Source of the DNA: an uncultured Clostridia bacterium
GTDB lineage: Bacteria; Bacillota; Clostridia; Christensenellales; CAG-314
Assembly (NCBI GenBank): GCA_947053925.1
Contig: CAMRUG010000002.1
Span: 34,461-98,460, forward strand
DNA length: 64,000 nt
Direction: 5' to 3'
The notes beneath the pieces are model-generated. The model was not told the origin of the DNA, did no database searches, and saw only the letters and a list, made by a program, of their open reading frames with translations. Positions 37,797 through 48,638 of this stretch are shown piece by piece; within the stretch, counting starts at the first letter, position 1, and each line of letters opens with the position of its first letter. The position numbers and the translations under genes are program-made.

Positions 37797-37945
37797 TATA
37801 AGTCTTTAAACTGTATTTGCGCAAACGCTAGCCGTCCGCCATAGTAAGTGATTAAGCAAACAACATAATGCGGCGTTGTACGGTCATAGTACCGTCAGAT
37901 TTTAAGCAACGCAAATCAACTCGATTAAAGGAGAAAATTTTTATT

Positions 37946-38683
37946 ATGATAAGACTTACAAACGTGTCTAAAACATACGCCAAATCCACAGTCAAGGCAG
38001 TAGAGGATTTAACGCTCGAAATTAAAGACGGCGAAATTTTCGGTTTTTTGGGACCGAACGGCGCAGGTAAATCTACGACAATCAAAATGATAACGGGCAT
38101 TCTTTCTCCCGATTCAGGCGTTATAGAAGTCGACGGGATAAATATTGCGGAGAATCCTATTGCCGCCAAATCGCTTATCGGGTTTGTTCCCGACAATCAC
38201 GAAACTTACGAAACGCTGAAAGGCATAGAATATCTCAATTTTATCGGAACAATGTACAATATTCCTTCCGAGTTGTTGAAACAGCGTGTGAGCGAATATG
38301 CCGAAATGTTCGGTCTTACCGATGCGCTTCCCAATATGATTTCTTCCTATTCGCACGGAATGAAACAAAAACTAATGGTAATTGCCGCGCTGATTCACGA
38401 GCCTAAGGTGTGGATACTCGACGAGCCTTTGACTGGTCTCGATCCGCAGTCGGCGTTTCAACTAAAACAACTTATGCGTAAGCACGCCGAACAGGGCAAT
38501 ACCGTATTTTTCAGTTCGCACGTTATTGACGTTGTAGAGAAAGTCTGCGACCGAATAGGTATAATAAACCACGGTAAACTCGTAACGGTGGATACGCTGG
38601 ACAATATCCGTCAGGATGAAAATGTGTCGCTCGAAAGTTTGTTCCTGACAATTACCGCGGACGGCACCGACAGTGTAAAGTAG
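37946..38683 (+). CDS. ABC transporter ATP-binding protein
   Basis: Walker A GPNGAGKST, signature SHGMKQK and Walker B ILDEP. Track ORF 37868..38683, ATG at 37946 after AAAGGAGAAA. Confidence 0.92.
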   Translation: MIRLTNVSKTYAKSTVKAVEDLTLEIKDGEIFGFLGPNGAGKSTTIKMITGILSPDSGVIEVDGINIAENPIAAKSLIGFVPDNHETYETLKGIEYLNFIGTMYNIPSELLKQRVSEYAEMFGLTDALPNMISSYSHGMKQKLMVIAALIHEPKVWILDEPLTGLDPQSAFQLKQLMRKHAEQGNTVFFSSHVIDVVEKVCDRIGIINHGKLVTVDTLDNIRQDENVSLESLFLTITADGTDSVK

Positions 38684-38692
38684 GTGAGAGAT

Positions 38693-40411
38693 ATGAAAAA
38701 ATTTTTATCTCTTGTTAAATTGCTGTTTGTTCAGCAATACAGAACTAAGCCTACGGAGGGAAAGAAAAGGCGCGGCGGAACAATAGCCACATATATTATC
38801 CTTGCCGTTTGCTTTACTCCTATGTTAATAAGTATAGCTATCGCTATGTACGGGGTGGGCAAAATTTCGCAGGGGCTAGAAGGCGGCGGTACCAATATTT
38901 GCGCAATGCTGATATTTATCAGTCAGGGAGCGGTATTGCTGTTCGGTATTCCCACTTTAATATCAAACGTGTTTACCGTTAAAGACGCCGACAAATTGCT
39001 ATTCTTGCCGATTCGTTCTTCAACGATATTCGCCGCAAAACTGACGGTAGCGTATTTAAACGAAGTTATCACGACTGCGGTAATGCTGGTATTTATGCTT
39101 CTGCCGTTTGGAATCGGTTATTCTGCTCCGGTCGGATTTTACTTTTTGTTATTGTTGGCATTGGTGCTTATACCTATGTTGCCTATGCTTTTAGGCAGTA
39201 TAATAGCCGTACCTATGTCGGCTCTGATTACCAAGATAGGCAAAAACGGCGTAGTTAAGACAATACTGCAAGTACTAATGTTTGCAATTATTATGGGCGC
39301 GTATATGTTTGCAATGTACGAATTCGGTTTTATAGGCGGCAGTGAAGAGGGCGACCCGACAGATATGGCGCAAATGCTGCTTGACAAACTGCAAGGTATG
39401 GGCGCTATGATGAAATATGTGCATTCAGATTATACGCTTGCGGCGGCAATGTTAGGTTCTACTTTCTCTGTAGTAATAGTTAATTTGCTTATTTCCGTGG
39501 CGGAAAACGCGTTACTGGTTGCGCTCGTAATAGCAATGTCGTTACCGTTTTATCACCGGATGCTTACAACCTCCGTTGAGGGCGTAGGCGGCAGAAGTCG
39601 GAGAAAGGCGGCAAAAGTAACGTTAGAAGTAAAGAATAAGGGCGTTGTAAAAGAACTTATATTTACCGATTTAAAACGTGTAATGCGCGAAAGTCAAATG
39701 GGGTTCCAGTGTATAATGTCGCTTATTATGTTACCGCTTATGGTCGTGGTATTCTATTTCTGTTTTAATATAAGCGGAGAAGGCGATCAAAGCATTGTAG
39801 AAATGTTTAAAGGACAAGCACTATATCAGGGGATAGCGCCGATTATATTTTTGTCGTATATGTCTTTATTGGGAATGTCTAGCAACGTATTGGGCATTTA
39901 TCCTATCTCTCGCGAAAACAAAGCAATATATTTGGTAAAGAGTCTGCCTGTGTCGTTCAATAAGTACTTGCTTGCAAAAGTAATACTCGCAACTGCGGTT
40001 ATGGTAATATCCGATTTTGTTATGTGCGTATTGATAGTCGCGCTGTTCGGCGTCAAATGGTATTTCGGTTTGGCAATGTGGTTTGCTATGGCGGCTTTGG
40101 GGTTTGGCGGAATGTGCATTACGACTCTTATCGATTTAAAAAGTCCTAAACTCGGTTGGACAAACTTTAACCAAAGTCTTAAAAATGCCAAAAACAGTTG
40201 GATGGCATTACTTGTTGCATTTGTTGTATCGCTTGTGCTCGGCACAATATCGGGTGTTTGTTTGCTCGGGTGGTATTTGACAAATACAAGTTGGTATATG
40301 TTGCTTATTATGTGGGTACTGATTATCGGCGCAAGCGTTGGCTTTGCCGCTGTAAGTTACAAGATAATGACAAAAAACGCGCAAAGGCATTTCGATAATA
40401 TTGAGCCGTAA
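38693..40411 (+). CDS. ABC exporter permease (large multi-pass, putative ABC exporter family)
   Basis: About 572 aa with more than 10 hydrophobic segments, immediately downstream of the ATPase gene. Confidence 0.8.
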   Translation: MKKFLSLVKLLFVQQYRTKPTEGKKRRGGTIATYIILAVCFTPMLISIAIAMYGVGKISQGLEGGGTNICAMLIFISQGAVLLFGIPTLISNVFTVKDADKLLFLPIRSSTIFAAKLTVAYLNEVITTAVMLVFMLLPFGIGYSAPVGFYFLLLLALVLIPMLPMLLGSIIAVPMSALITKIGKNGVVKTILQVLMFAIIMGAYMFAMYEFGFIGGSEEGDPTDMAQMLLDKLQGMGAMMKYVHSDYTLAAAMLGSTFSVVIVNLLISVAENALLVALVIAMSLPFYHRMLTTSVEGVGGRSRRKAAKVTLEVKNKGVVKELIFTDLKRVMRESQMGFQCIMSLIMLPLMVVVFYFCFNISGEGDQSIVEMFKGQALYQGIAPIIFLSYMSLLGMSSNVLGIYPISRENKAIYLVKSLPVSFNKYLLAKVILATAVMVISDFVMCVLIVALFGVKWYFGLAMWFAMAALGFGGMCITTLIDLKSPKLGWTNFNQSLKNAKNSWMALLVAFVVSLVLGTISGVCLLGWYLTNTSWYMLLIMWVLIIGASVGFAAVSYKIMTKNAQRHFDNIEP

Positions 40412-40456
40412 TCTGTTTTTTGCAAAAGAAATTTAAAAATCTATTGGGAGAATATA

Positions 40457-41662
40457 ATGAAAAACGTATTGGACGTATTGAAAGAACGCGGATATGTCAA
40501 GCAAGTGGTGTTTGAAGAAGAATTGTACGAATTGTTATCAAAGGAAAGCATAACTTTTTATACAGGTTACGATCCCACGGCAGACAGTTTGCACGTAGGA
40601 CACTTCGTTACGTTGATGGCAATGGCTCATTTACAGCGGGCAGGACATCGTCCTATAGTGCTTATCGGAGGCGGTACGGCAATGGTCGGAGATCCTTCGG
40701 GCAGAACCGATATGCGCAGTATGATGACAAAGGAGACTATTCAGCATAATGTGGATTGCTTTAAAAAGCAAATGTCGCGTTTTATCGACTTTTCGGAAGG
40801 CAAAGCAATTATTGCCAACAATGCCGACTGGCTGTATAATCTAAATTATATAGACTTCCTGCGAGAAATAGGAACGTGTTTTTCGGTAAACCAAATGCTG
40901 ACTGCAGAATGTTTTAAACAGCGTTTAGAACGCGGACTGAGTTTTTTAGAGTTTAACTATATGCTTATGCAGGGGTATGACTTTTTGGAACTCAATAACC
41001 GTTATAATTGCGTTTTGCAGGCGGGCGGCGACGACCAGTGGAGCAATATGCTTGCAGGTGCCGACCTTATTCGCCGTAAGACAGGCAAAAAGGCTTACGC
41101 ATTGACGTTTTCATTGCTTACTACGTCCGAAGGTAAAAAGATGGGCAAAACGGCAAAAGGCGCGGTATGGCTTGACGCAAACAAAACAACGCCTTTCGAT
41201 TTCTTCCAATACTGGCGCAATGTCGAAGACGACCGTGTGGAAACTTGTATGAAGTTGTTGACCTTTATGGATTTGGAAGAAATAGCAACCCTTACGGCTC
41301 ACAAAGATGAACGTATGAACGCGGCAAAAGAACGTTTGGCGTACGAAGTTACGGCGATAGTGCACGGCAAAGAAATTGCCGACGAAGTTATAAAACAAGT
41401 CCGCGCTTCATTTACTCTCGACGTCAGCAATATGCCCGTGGTGGAAATCAGCGCACCGTCCAATATCGTTGATATTCTTGTAAAGTGCGGACAGTGCAAA
41501 TCTAACGGCGAAGCGCGCAGACTGATTGACGGTGGCGGAGTATCGGTTGACGATACTAAGATTAACGACTATGCGTGGGCACTGACTTCGGAAATTCTTG
41601 ACAAAGGCGAATTTATTCTCCACAAAGGTAAAAAAGTACATTTAAGGGTTGTTGTAAAGTGA
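40457..41662 (+). CDS. tyrS: Tyrosine--tRNA ligase
   Basis: HVGH (HIGH) and KMGKT (KMSKS) motifs, and a C-terminal S4-like domain. Confidence 0.95.
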   Translation: MKNVLDVLKERGYVKQVVFEEELYELLSKESITFYTGYDPTADSLHVGHFVTLMAMAHLQRAGHRPIVLIGGGTAMVGDPSGRTDMRSMMTKETIQHNVDCFKKQMSRFIDFSEGKAIIANNADWLYNLNYIDFLREIGTCFSVNQMLTAECFKQRLERGLSFLEFNYMLMQGYDFLELNNRYNCVLQAGGDDQWSNMLAGADLIRRKTGKKAYALTFSLLTTSEGKKMGKTAKGAVWLDANKTTPFDFFQYWRNVEDDRVETCMKLLTFMDLEEIATLTAHKDERMNAAKERLAYEVTAIVHGKEIADEVIKQVRASFTLDVSNMPVVEISAPSNIVDILVKCGQCKSNGEARRLIDGGGVSVDDTKINDYAWALTSEILDKGEFILHKGKKVHLRVVVK

Positions 41663-42285
41663 AAGAATACACGACTGTAGGAGTGAACGAAGTTGTTTCG
41701 GAAAACGTAATTGAAAAGTCCCGTTTTATAGCTTCTGTAAAACGTGTAGAAACGGTAGAACAGGCGACGGAGTTTGTTGCTGCAAAGCGTAAAAAGTACT
41801 TTGACGCTACGCATAATTGTTTTGCTTATATTGTAGGCGACAAGGCAAAGTTTTCCGATGACGGCGAGCCTCAAGGTACGGCAGGTATGCCAATATACGA
41901 ATGTATCAAGAACAATAATCTCGATTATATTTGTGTTGTCGTTACCCGCTACTTCGGCGGAGTAAAACTCGGAGCGGGAGGTCTTGTGAGGGCGTACAGC
42001 GGTGCTGCGGCAGACGTTTTGCGTGATTGCGATAAAGTGCAAATGCGTTTGTGTTGCCGTGCAGAAGTGGTTGTAGAGTATCCTATGCTTAAAGCCGTCC
42101 GCAAAGCAATGAGCGGACGCGCCATTGAGGAAAAAGCCGTTTACGGCGACAAAGTATACCTGCAATTCTTATTTTTAGAAGAATTGTCGACTACTATTTC
42201 AGACATAATACAACAAAACACTCTAGGAAAAGGTGTTTTTACAGTAAAAGAGCAAGTTTTAAGCCCTTATACGCAGTCAAAGTGA
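41659..42285 (+). CDS. yigZ: YigZ/IMPACT family protein
   Basis: SRFIA...ATHNCFAY...[10 protein letters not shown] motifs. Overlaps tyrS by 4 nt. Confidence 0.85.
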   Translation: MKEYTTVGVNEVVSENVIEKSRFIASVKRVETVEQATEFVAAKRKKYFDATHNCFAYIVGDKAKFSDDGEPQGTAGMPIYECIKNNNLDYICVVVTRYFGGVKLGAGGLVRAYSGAAADVLRDCDKVQMRLCCRAEVVVEYPMLKAVRKAMSGRAIEEKAVYGDKVYLQFLFLEELSTTISDIIQQNTLGKGVFTVKEQVLSPYTQSK

Positions 42286-42426
42286 TTTTCGATAAACATA
42301 TTGTTTTATCAACAGAGTAGTTGTATGGTTGTTAGATAACGAAGTTTACGGGCACAGTGTTAAATTTTTGTTTTTTTTTGAATGCCGACGTTTATAAACT
42401 GAATTTGTGCGGCAAAAGGAGAGCAG

Positions 42427-43068
42427 ATGTCTAAGACAGTATTAAAAGGAGCGTCATTGCTTGCGCCGTTGCCCGTTGTAATGGTAACAGTGGGCGACGA
42501 TAAAAACTCTAATATAATAACCGTCGCTTGGACGGGAACGGTTTGTTCCGATCCGCCGCGGGTATACGTTTCTATCAGACACGAACGCCATTCTTACGAA
42601 ATTTTGAAAAGAACAGGCGAATTTGTGATAAACTTTACTTCCGAACGTCTGTTGCCTGCGTGCGACTATTGCGGAATACGAAGCGGACGCGATATAGATA
42701 AATTTGCAGAGATGAAATTCTCCAAAGAAAAAGGTCAATTTGTGTCCGCGCCGATGATTGCCGAAAGTCCCGTCAATATGGAATGTAAGGTTTTTAAAGT
42801 GTTAAATTTGGGTTCTCACGATATGTTTGTTGCCGACGTACTTGCTGTACACGTTGACGACAGCGTTATGACCGACGGCAAAATTGATTACAAAAAGGCA
42901 AAACTCGTTAATTATCAGCACGGCGATTATTACGCGACAGGCAGACAACTCGGACGTTTCGGCTATGCCGCTCAGCGTAAATTTATATCGAAGTACGGCA
43001 AGGGATTGGACGTGGACGTTAACAAAGTAAAAACTCTTACTAAGCGCAAACCTGCTAAAAAGAGTTAA
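42427..43068 (+). CDS. Flavin reductase family protein with a Lys-rich tail
   Basis: Flavin reductase-like FMN-binding domain character (PVVMVTVGD...NIITVAW). Confidence 0.8.
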   Translation: MSKTVLKGASLLAPLPVVMVTVGDDKNSNIITVAWTGTVCSDPPRVYVSIRHERHSYEILKRTGEFVINFTSERLLPACDYCGIRSGRDIDKFAEMKFSKEKGQFVSAPMIAESPVNMECKVFKVLNLGSHDMFVADVLAVHVDDSVMTDGKIDYKKAKLVNYQHGDYYATGRQLGRFGYAAQRKFISKYGKGLDVDVNKVKTLTKRKPAKKS

Positions 43069-43424
43069 AATCGAGGCGGTTTCGGTAAGGACTATTTTTA
43101 GTAAAACTGTGTTAAAAATGGTTGCTGTTACTTTTAATTCCTGAAAGCAGGCTTATTGCTTTTAGTCGTTGCAAACCGATGCTTTAAAGTCAAATACAGC
43201 GTTGAGTACGGCAAGTTCAACAGAATCGTTTTTGTGTTTGTAAGTTTTGGACACTGTAAATGACAAAAAAATATGATACATCGAAGATACTTCTATGCCA
43301 CTAAAAAACTGCGCGGGAAGCGAATGTTGCTATCAACGGTAAACTGTCATTGACGCGTATGAATAGAAATACTTAATACAACACTGTTGCTAAATGGCAA
43401 TAAGATAATATTTTAAAACAGACA

Positions 43425-45644
43425 ATGAAATTACAAAATCTTAACAACGCGCAACTTGCGGCAGTTACTGCGCCTTTGGCACCAACATTGGTGCTTGCCG
43501 GAGCGGGCAGCGGCAAAACGCGCGTATTAACAAACAGAATATTGTATTTGGTAGAAGAGTGCGGAGCGAATCCGTCGGAAATTCTTGCTATTACTTTTAC
43601 AAACAAAGCGGCGAACGAAATGAAACGCCGTTTATACGATTTTGACTGTAATGCGGGTTTTATGCAGATTTCGACAATTCACTCTTTTTGCGCTAAAGTT
43701 TTACGGCGCGAAGCCTCAATGCTTGCGCGAAGCAGTTCGTTCTCTATTTATACCGAAGAAGAGAAACTCAGTGTTTTGAAGAAAATCGTCAAAGACGTAT
43801 TCGATGACGGCGACGCAAAAATGGCTGACAGTTTTGCTGACAGTATTTCCGAAATAAAAAACCGCGCGCCCGAACTTTTGGATAACGAATTGAGCGCGCT
43901 TATCAGCGACGAGTATTTCGGCGAACAAATGGACAAGCTGCAGGCGGAAACTCAAGGTACGCAAAGCGATTTGTTGCGCGTAATAAGCGAATATGCAGAT
44001 AAAATGCGTCAAAACAACGCTATGGACTTTGACGATTTGCTGTATTATACACACAAGTTGTTCAGTAAATTTCCCGAGATTTTGGACAAATACAGAGAAA
44101 CGTACAAATACATACTGATAGACGAGTTTCAGGATACCAACAAAGTTCAATATCAAATTTTTAAAATGCTTGGCGAAAAGTACCGCAATATTTTTGTGGT
44201 AGGCGATGACGACCAGTCTATTTACAGTTGGCGCGGAGCGGAATCATACAATCTCAAAAAATTTCAAACGGATTTTCCTGACTGTAACGTTTACGCTTTG
44301 GAACAAAATTACCGTTCAACTAAACGAATACTTGATGTCGCCAATGAAGTAATAAGTAAAAACGTCAACCGCTTTGATAAAGTATTGTGGACGGAAAACG
44401 AAGACGGAGTAAAAGCGCAGTTGCACGCGGCATATAACGAGCAGGACGAAGCGTACTTTGTCAGCGAGCAAATAAAAAATCTGCTTTATTTTAATCCGCA
44501 GTATAAGTTGCGTGATTTTGCAGTGCTTATGAGAGTCAACGCATTATCCCGCAGTTTCGAGCAGGCGTTTCAGCGTAACCGTATGCCGTACAAAGTGTTT
44601 GGCGGCTTTAAGTTTTTTGAACGTAAGGAAATCAAAGACGTTTTGTCTTATATGCGTTTGTGTCATAACCGTTACGATCAGGAAGCCTTTATAAGGGCTT
44701 TAAACACGCCTGTAAGACGCGGAATAGGCGATGCGACAATTGATAAACTGCGCGAGTTATCGGCGGAATACGGCATTTCTATGTACGACGTTATATCGGA
44801 TGAACGTAATCTGGAAACGCTTACAAAATCCGCACGGAACAAGCTTTGCGGTTTTTATCAAACGGTTAATGCGCTTATAGAAATATCTAAACTGCCCATA
44901 AGCGTTTTTGTAAACAAGCTTTTAAAAATGTTAGAATTCCGCGAAGTTTACCGCGAGCAAGGAGACGAAGACCGCACGCTGAATATAGACGAATTCGAGG
45001 CCTCGGTTATCGAATTTCAACAAGCCTATCCGGAAGCCGATTTGCAAGATTATCTGGAAACGGTCAGTTTGGATAACGAACTCGATAATGACGAAAATGC
45101 GGGGGATTATATTACAATCGCTACGATTCACGCCGTTAAAGGGCTGGAGTTTAAAGTGGTGTTTATAGTCGGTTTAGAAGACGGTCTTTTTCCGTCAGGG
45201 CGTGCAACGTATTCTTTTGAAGGACTGCAAGAGGAACGCAGACTTATGTATGTTGCCGTTACCCGTGCCGAAAAACGTCTTTATCTCACGCGTGCGAATT
45301 CACGTTTTATGTGGGGGCAAACTAAGCGGACATTGCCCAGTAAATTTTACGGAGAAATTCAAAAATTCCTTTTACCCGAACGTCAGCCTGTATCCGAAAG
45401 GCAATTATCGGACGATAAATTTTTGGATAAACTAAACAATGCCGAACCGCTAAGGCGTGCGCCGAATCAAGGAAAGAGCAACGGCGAAGTTGCAAAGTAT
45501 CGTGTCGGGCAGATTGTCAATCACGCTAGTTTCGGCAAGGGAATTATATTGCGAATCAGCGGCGAGACGGCAGATGTCGTTTTCGATACGGCAGGCAAAA
45601 AATCTCTTAATATGAAATTTGCGCCGCTGGAAATACTTAAATAA
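43425..45644 (+). CDS. pcrA: ATP-dependent DNA helicase PcrA (UvrD family)
   Basis: AGAGSGKT, DEFQDTN and VGDDDQSIYSWRGA motifs. Confidence 0.95.
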   Translation: MKLQNLNNAQLAAVTAPLAPTLVLAGAGSGKTRVLTNRILYLVEECGANPSEILAITFTNKAANEMKRRLYDFDCNAGFMQISTIHSFCAKVLRREASMLARSSSFSIYTEEEKLSVLKKIVKDVFDDGDAKMADSFADSISEIKNRAPELLDNELSALISDEYFGEQMDKLQAETQGTQSDLLRVISEYADKMRQNNAMDFDDLLYYTHKLFSKFPEILDKYRETYKYILIDEFQDTNKVQYQIFKMLGEKYRNIFVVGDDDQSIYSWRGAESYNLKKFQTDFPDCNVYALEQNYRSTKRILDVANEVISKNVNRFDKVLWTENEDGVKAQLHAAYNEQDEAYFVSEQIKNLLYFNPQYKLRDFAVLMRVNALSRSFEQAFQRNRMPYKVFGGFKFFERKEIKDVLSYMRLCHNRYDQEAFIRALNTPVRRGIGDATIDKLRELSAEYGISMYDVISDERNLETLTKSARNKLCGFYQTVNALIEISKLPISVFVNKLLKMLEFREVYREQGDEDRTLNIDEFEASVIEFQQAYPEADLQDYLETVSLDNELDNDENAGDYITIATIHAVKGLEFKVVFIVGLEDGLFPSGRATYSFEGLQEERRLMYVAVTRAEKRLYLTRANSRFMWGQTKRTLPSKFYGEIQKFLLPERQPVSERQLSDDKFLDKLNNAEPLRRAPNQGKSNGEVAKYRVGQIVNHASFGKGIILRISGETADVVFDTAGKKSLNMKFAPLEILK

Positions 45645-45715
45645 ATTAAAAACCGTTTGGCAATAAGATAAAAATAATTTTACCGATTTTTTTCAGTAAG
45701 GAGCCTAGTCGTAAA

Positions 45716-47656
45716 ATGACAATGCAGCAGATTGTAGACCAACTTAATATTTGGGCGCACGAGTATTACGTTTTAGATAATCCGTCCGTTCCCGATACGC
45801 AGTACGACGCTTTGTACGACCAGCTTGTTCTGTTGGAAAAACAGACGGGAATAGTCTTGCCTGACAGTCCTACGCACCGTGTAGGCGGCGAAACGCTTAA
45901 AAATTTTGCTCAGCACCGTCATTTAAAGAGACTTTACAGTTTGGACAAAGCGCAGAGTTTCGGCGAATTGAAAGAGTGGGTAGACAAAGTAAATAAAGAG
46001 TTGGGCGACGTAGAGTTTACTGTGGAGCTTAAATATGACGGTTTGACGATAAACGTTACTTACCGTAACGGTCAGCTCGTAAGCGCGGCTACGCGAGGCA
46101 AGGGGATTGTAGGCGAAGACGTTACCGAACAAGTCAAGACAATACGCTCCGTGCCTTTAAAAATTCCTTTTAAAGGGGTAATCGAACTGCAAGGCGAAGG
46201 TATAATGCGGTTGTCCGTTTTGGAAAAATACAATGCAAAACATCCGGACGACAAACTTAAAAACGCGCGTAATGCAGCCGCCGGCGCAATACGGAATTTG
46301 AATCCCAAAGTAACTTCGGAAAGAAATTTAGACGTTGTTTTTTACAGTAACGGTTACGAAGAAGGATTAACATCTCAATCACAGACTGAATTGGTGGAAT
46401 TTTTGAAATCTTGCGGTATGCGAACGAATAACGTCTTTAAAACGGCGCGAACGTTTGACGGAATAAAAAAGATTATAGAGCAAATAGCGGAAGAACGCAG
46501 CGGCTACGATTTTCTTATCGACGGAGTAGTAATAAAAGTAAACAACTTTGCTTTGCGTGAAGAACTTGGGTACACCGACAAATTCCCTAAGTGGGCAATA
46601 GCGTTTAAGTTCGATGCCGAACAGGTAACAACAACGCTTAACGACGTTGTGTGGCAGGTCGGACGCACGGGTAAGCTCACGCCTACGGCGGAACTGGAAG
46701 CGGTCGAACTGTGCGGAGCGACTATCAGACGCGCAACGCTCAATAACTACGGCGACATTATCCGTAAGGGAGTAAAGCGCGGCGGACTTGTTTTTATACG
46801 CCGCAGTAACGACGTTATTCCCGAAGTTTTGGGTGCGGCGGACAATAACGGTTTAGACATTGTCAAACCGACTAACTGTCCCGATTGCAACAGTCAGTTG
46901 CAGGAAGTCGGCGCACATTTGTATTGCGTTAATGTCGAGCATTGCCGTCCGCAGATTGTCGCAAGACTTTCTCATTATTGCAGTAAAAATGCCTGCGATA
47001 TCGACGGCATAAGCGACAAAACCATAGAATTGCTTGTGGATAAACTCAATGTACATTCGGTTGCGGATTTGTACGACTTAACGACGGAAAAGTTGCTTTC
47101 TCTCGAAGGAATACAGGATAAAAAAGCGCAAAATATAGTAAACGCAATCAAGGACAGTATCAGCGTAGAGTTACCTAAGTTTATATTTGCGTTAGGGCTT
47201 GATAATGTGGGAACAGTTACAGCCAAAGATTTGGCGGTAAAATTCGGCAGTATAGAAAGGCTTTCGCAAGCAACGGTTGAAGAACTGGTTTCGATAGACG
47301 GGATAGGAGACGTTGTTGCCGACGGCATTATACAGTATTTTAAAGAAGAGCAAAATCTTACAATACTCCAAAAGCTCAAATGTATCGGGATAAATCCGAT
47401 ATACGAAGTTAAGGAGGCTGACGGAATATTTGCAGGCAGGAAAGTTGTACTTACGGGCAGTTTATCCAAATATACGCGTAGTCAAGCGGCTAAAATAATA
47501 GAAGACAACGGCGGCGAAATATCTTCAACCGTATCCAAAACCGTTAATCTTGTAATTGCAGGAGTTGAGGCAGGCAGTAAACTCGATAAGGCAAAGGCAC
47601 TAAACATCGAAATAATAGATGAAGACACATTTATATATATATTAAATACTAAATAA
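45716..47656 (+). CDS. ligA: NAD-dependent DNA ligase
   Basis: ELKYDGL adenylation motif, a four-Cys zinc finger, HhH repeats and a BRCT-like C-terminus. Confidence 0.95.
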   Translation: MTMQQIVDQLNIWAHEYYVLDNPSVPDTQYDALYDQLVLLEKQTGIVLPDSPTHRVGGETLKNFAQHRHLKRLYSLDKAQSFGELKEWVDKVNKELGDVEFTVELKYDGLTINVTYRNGQLVSAATRGKGIVGEDVTEQVKTIRSVPLKIPFKGVIELQGEGIMRLSVLEKYNAKHPDDKLKNARNAAAGAIRNLNPKVTSERNLDVVFYSNGYEEGLTSQSQTELVEFLKSCGMRTNNVFKTARTFDGIKKIIEQIAEERSGYDFLIDGVVIKVNNFALREELGYTDKFPKWAIAFKFDAEQVTTTLNDVVWQVGRTGKLTPTAELEAVELCGATIRRATLNNYGDIIRKGVKRGGLVFIRRSNDVIPEVLGAADNNGLDIVKPTNCPDCNSQLQEVGAHLYCVNVEHCRPQIVARLSHYCSKNACDIDGISDKTIELLVDKLNVHSVADLYDLTTEKLLSLEGIQDKKAQNIVNAIKDSISVELPKFIFALGLDNVGTVTAKDLAVKFGSIERLSQATVEELVSIDGIGDVVADGIIQYFKEEQNLTILQKLKCIGINPIYEVKEADGIFAGRKVVLTGSLSKYTRSQAAKIIEDNGGEISSTVSKTVNLVIAGVEAGSKLDKAKALNIEIIDEDTFIYILNTK

Positions 47657-47659
47657 TGA

Positions 47660-47688
47660 TTGAAAAAAATATCAAAATGTGTTATTAT
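47660..47688 (+). promoter_or_regulatory. Sigma-A-type promoter heading the yicC-to-rsgA block
   Basis: TTGAAA, a 17-nt spacer and TATTAT, with an extended TG. Confidence 0.55.
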
Positions 47689-47744
47689 ATATAGTTAGTA
47701 AAGCATTTTTCTAAAAAAGAGAAGAAGTGTTTTTAAGGTGATTT

Positions 47745-48623
47745 ATGAAAAGTATGACAGGTTACGGCAAATCGATTGTCAGTCGTGATAATAAAGAATT
47801 GACGGTCGAATTAAAAAGCGTAAACCATAGATTTTTGGACATATCGACAAAAATTCCGCGAATGTTTATTCCGTTGGAAAACGTTGTCCGTAACGGACTG
47901 TCAAAGGGATTGTCGCGCGGACATATCGACGTATATATCAATTACAGTCAATCGGGCGACAGCGACAAAACGGTCAAAGTAGATATGTCTCTTGCAACGG
48001 GTTACGTCAATGCGGCAAAGCGACTTGCAGAAGTCTTTCCTTCTTTGCATTACGATTTTAACATAAATGCGCTTATGCGCAGTTCGGATGTGTTGACGTT
48101 AGAACAAGTCGACAATGACGAAGATACTTTGCGTGAAATGCTCGAACAAGCGGTATCCCAAGCGGTTGACAATCTCAATGCGATGAGAGAAATAGAGGGA
48201 AACGCGTTAAAAACCGATTTGCTTAAAAAGATAGATAACGTCGAAAGGCTTTTATCAACAGTAAAACAGTATGCGCCTAAAGTTGCCGAACAATACCGAG
48301 AAAAACTTAAAGACAGAGTAACGGAAGCATTGCAAGGCGTAGATTTGGATGAAAACAAACTTATCAACGAAGTATGTTTCTTTACCGATAAGTCGTGCAT
48401 AGACGAAGAAATAACGCGGTTGCAAAGTCATATAGCACGCGCAAGAGAATTATTAGCGCTAGACGAACCTGTCGGGCGCAAGTTGGACTTCTTAGTTCAA
48501 GAATTTAACCGCGAAACCAATACGATATGCAGTAAATCGTCATATTTGGAATTGACTAATACTGCGTTGGAAATGAAAAACGAAATAGAAAAAATTCGGG
48601 AACAAATTCAAAATCTCGAATAA
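47745..48623 (+). CDS. yicC: YicC/YloC family stress-induced protein
   Basis: MTGYGK N-terminus and a C-terminal DEEITRL...HI motif. Confidence 0.9.
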   Translation: MKSMTGYGKSIVSRDNKELTVELKSVNHRFLDISTKIPRMFIPLENVVRNGLSKGLSRGHIDVYINYSQSGDSDKTVKVDMSLATGYVNAAKRLAEVFPSLHYDFNINALMRSSDVLTLEQVDNDEDTLREMLEQAVSQAVDNLNAMREIEGNALKTDLLKKIDNVERLLSTVKQYAPKVAEQYREKLKDRVTEALQGVDLDENKLINEVCFFTDKSCIDEEITRLQSHIARARELLALDEPVGRKLDFLVQEFNRETNTICSKSSYLELTNTALEMKNEIEKIREQIQNLE

Positions 48624-48638
48624 TCATAGGAGAAGAAT

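Noticed and set aside
40412-40456. Expected T-box leader upstream of tyrS
   Set aside because: Only 45 nt separate the ABC permease stop from the tyrS ATG. That is too short for a T-box, and no specifier or T-box sequence is visible.
41569-42165. Long antisense ORFs in the track, such as 41569..42165 (-), 25144..25806 (+), 17053..17586 (-), 61630..62196 (-), 50239..50745 (-), 46975..47469 (-), 12048..12509 (+) and 13947..14411 (+)
   Set aside because: Each lies wholly inside a confidently recognised gene on the opposite strand. They have low-complexity or Arg/Cys/Phe-rich translations and lack RBS signals, so they are shadow ORFs.
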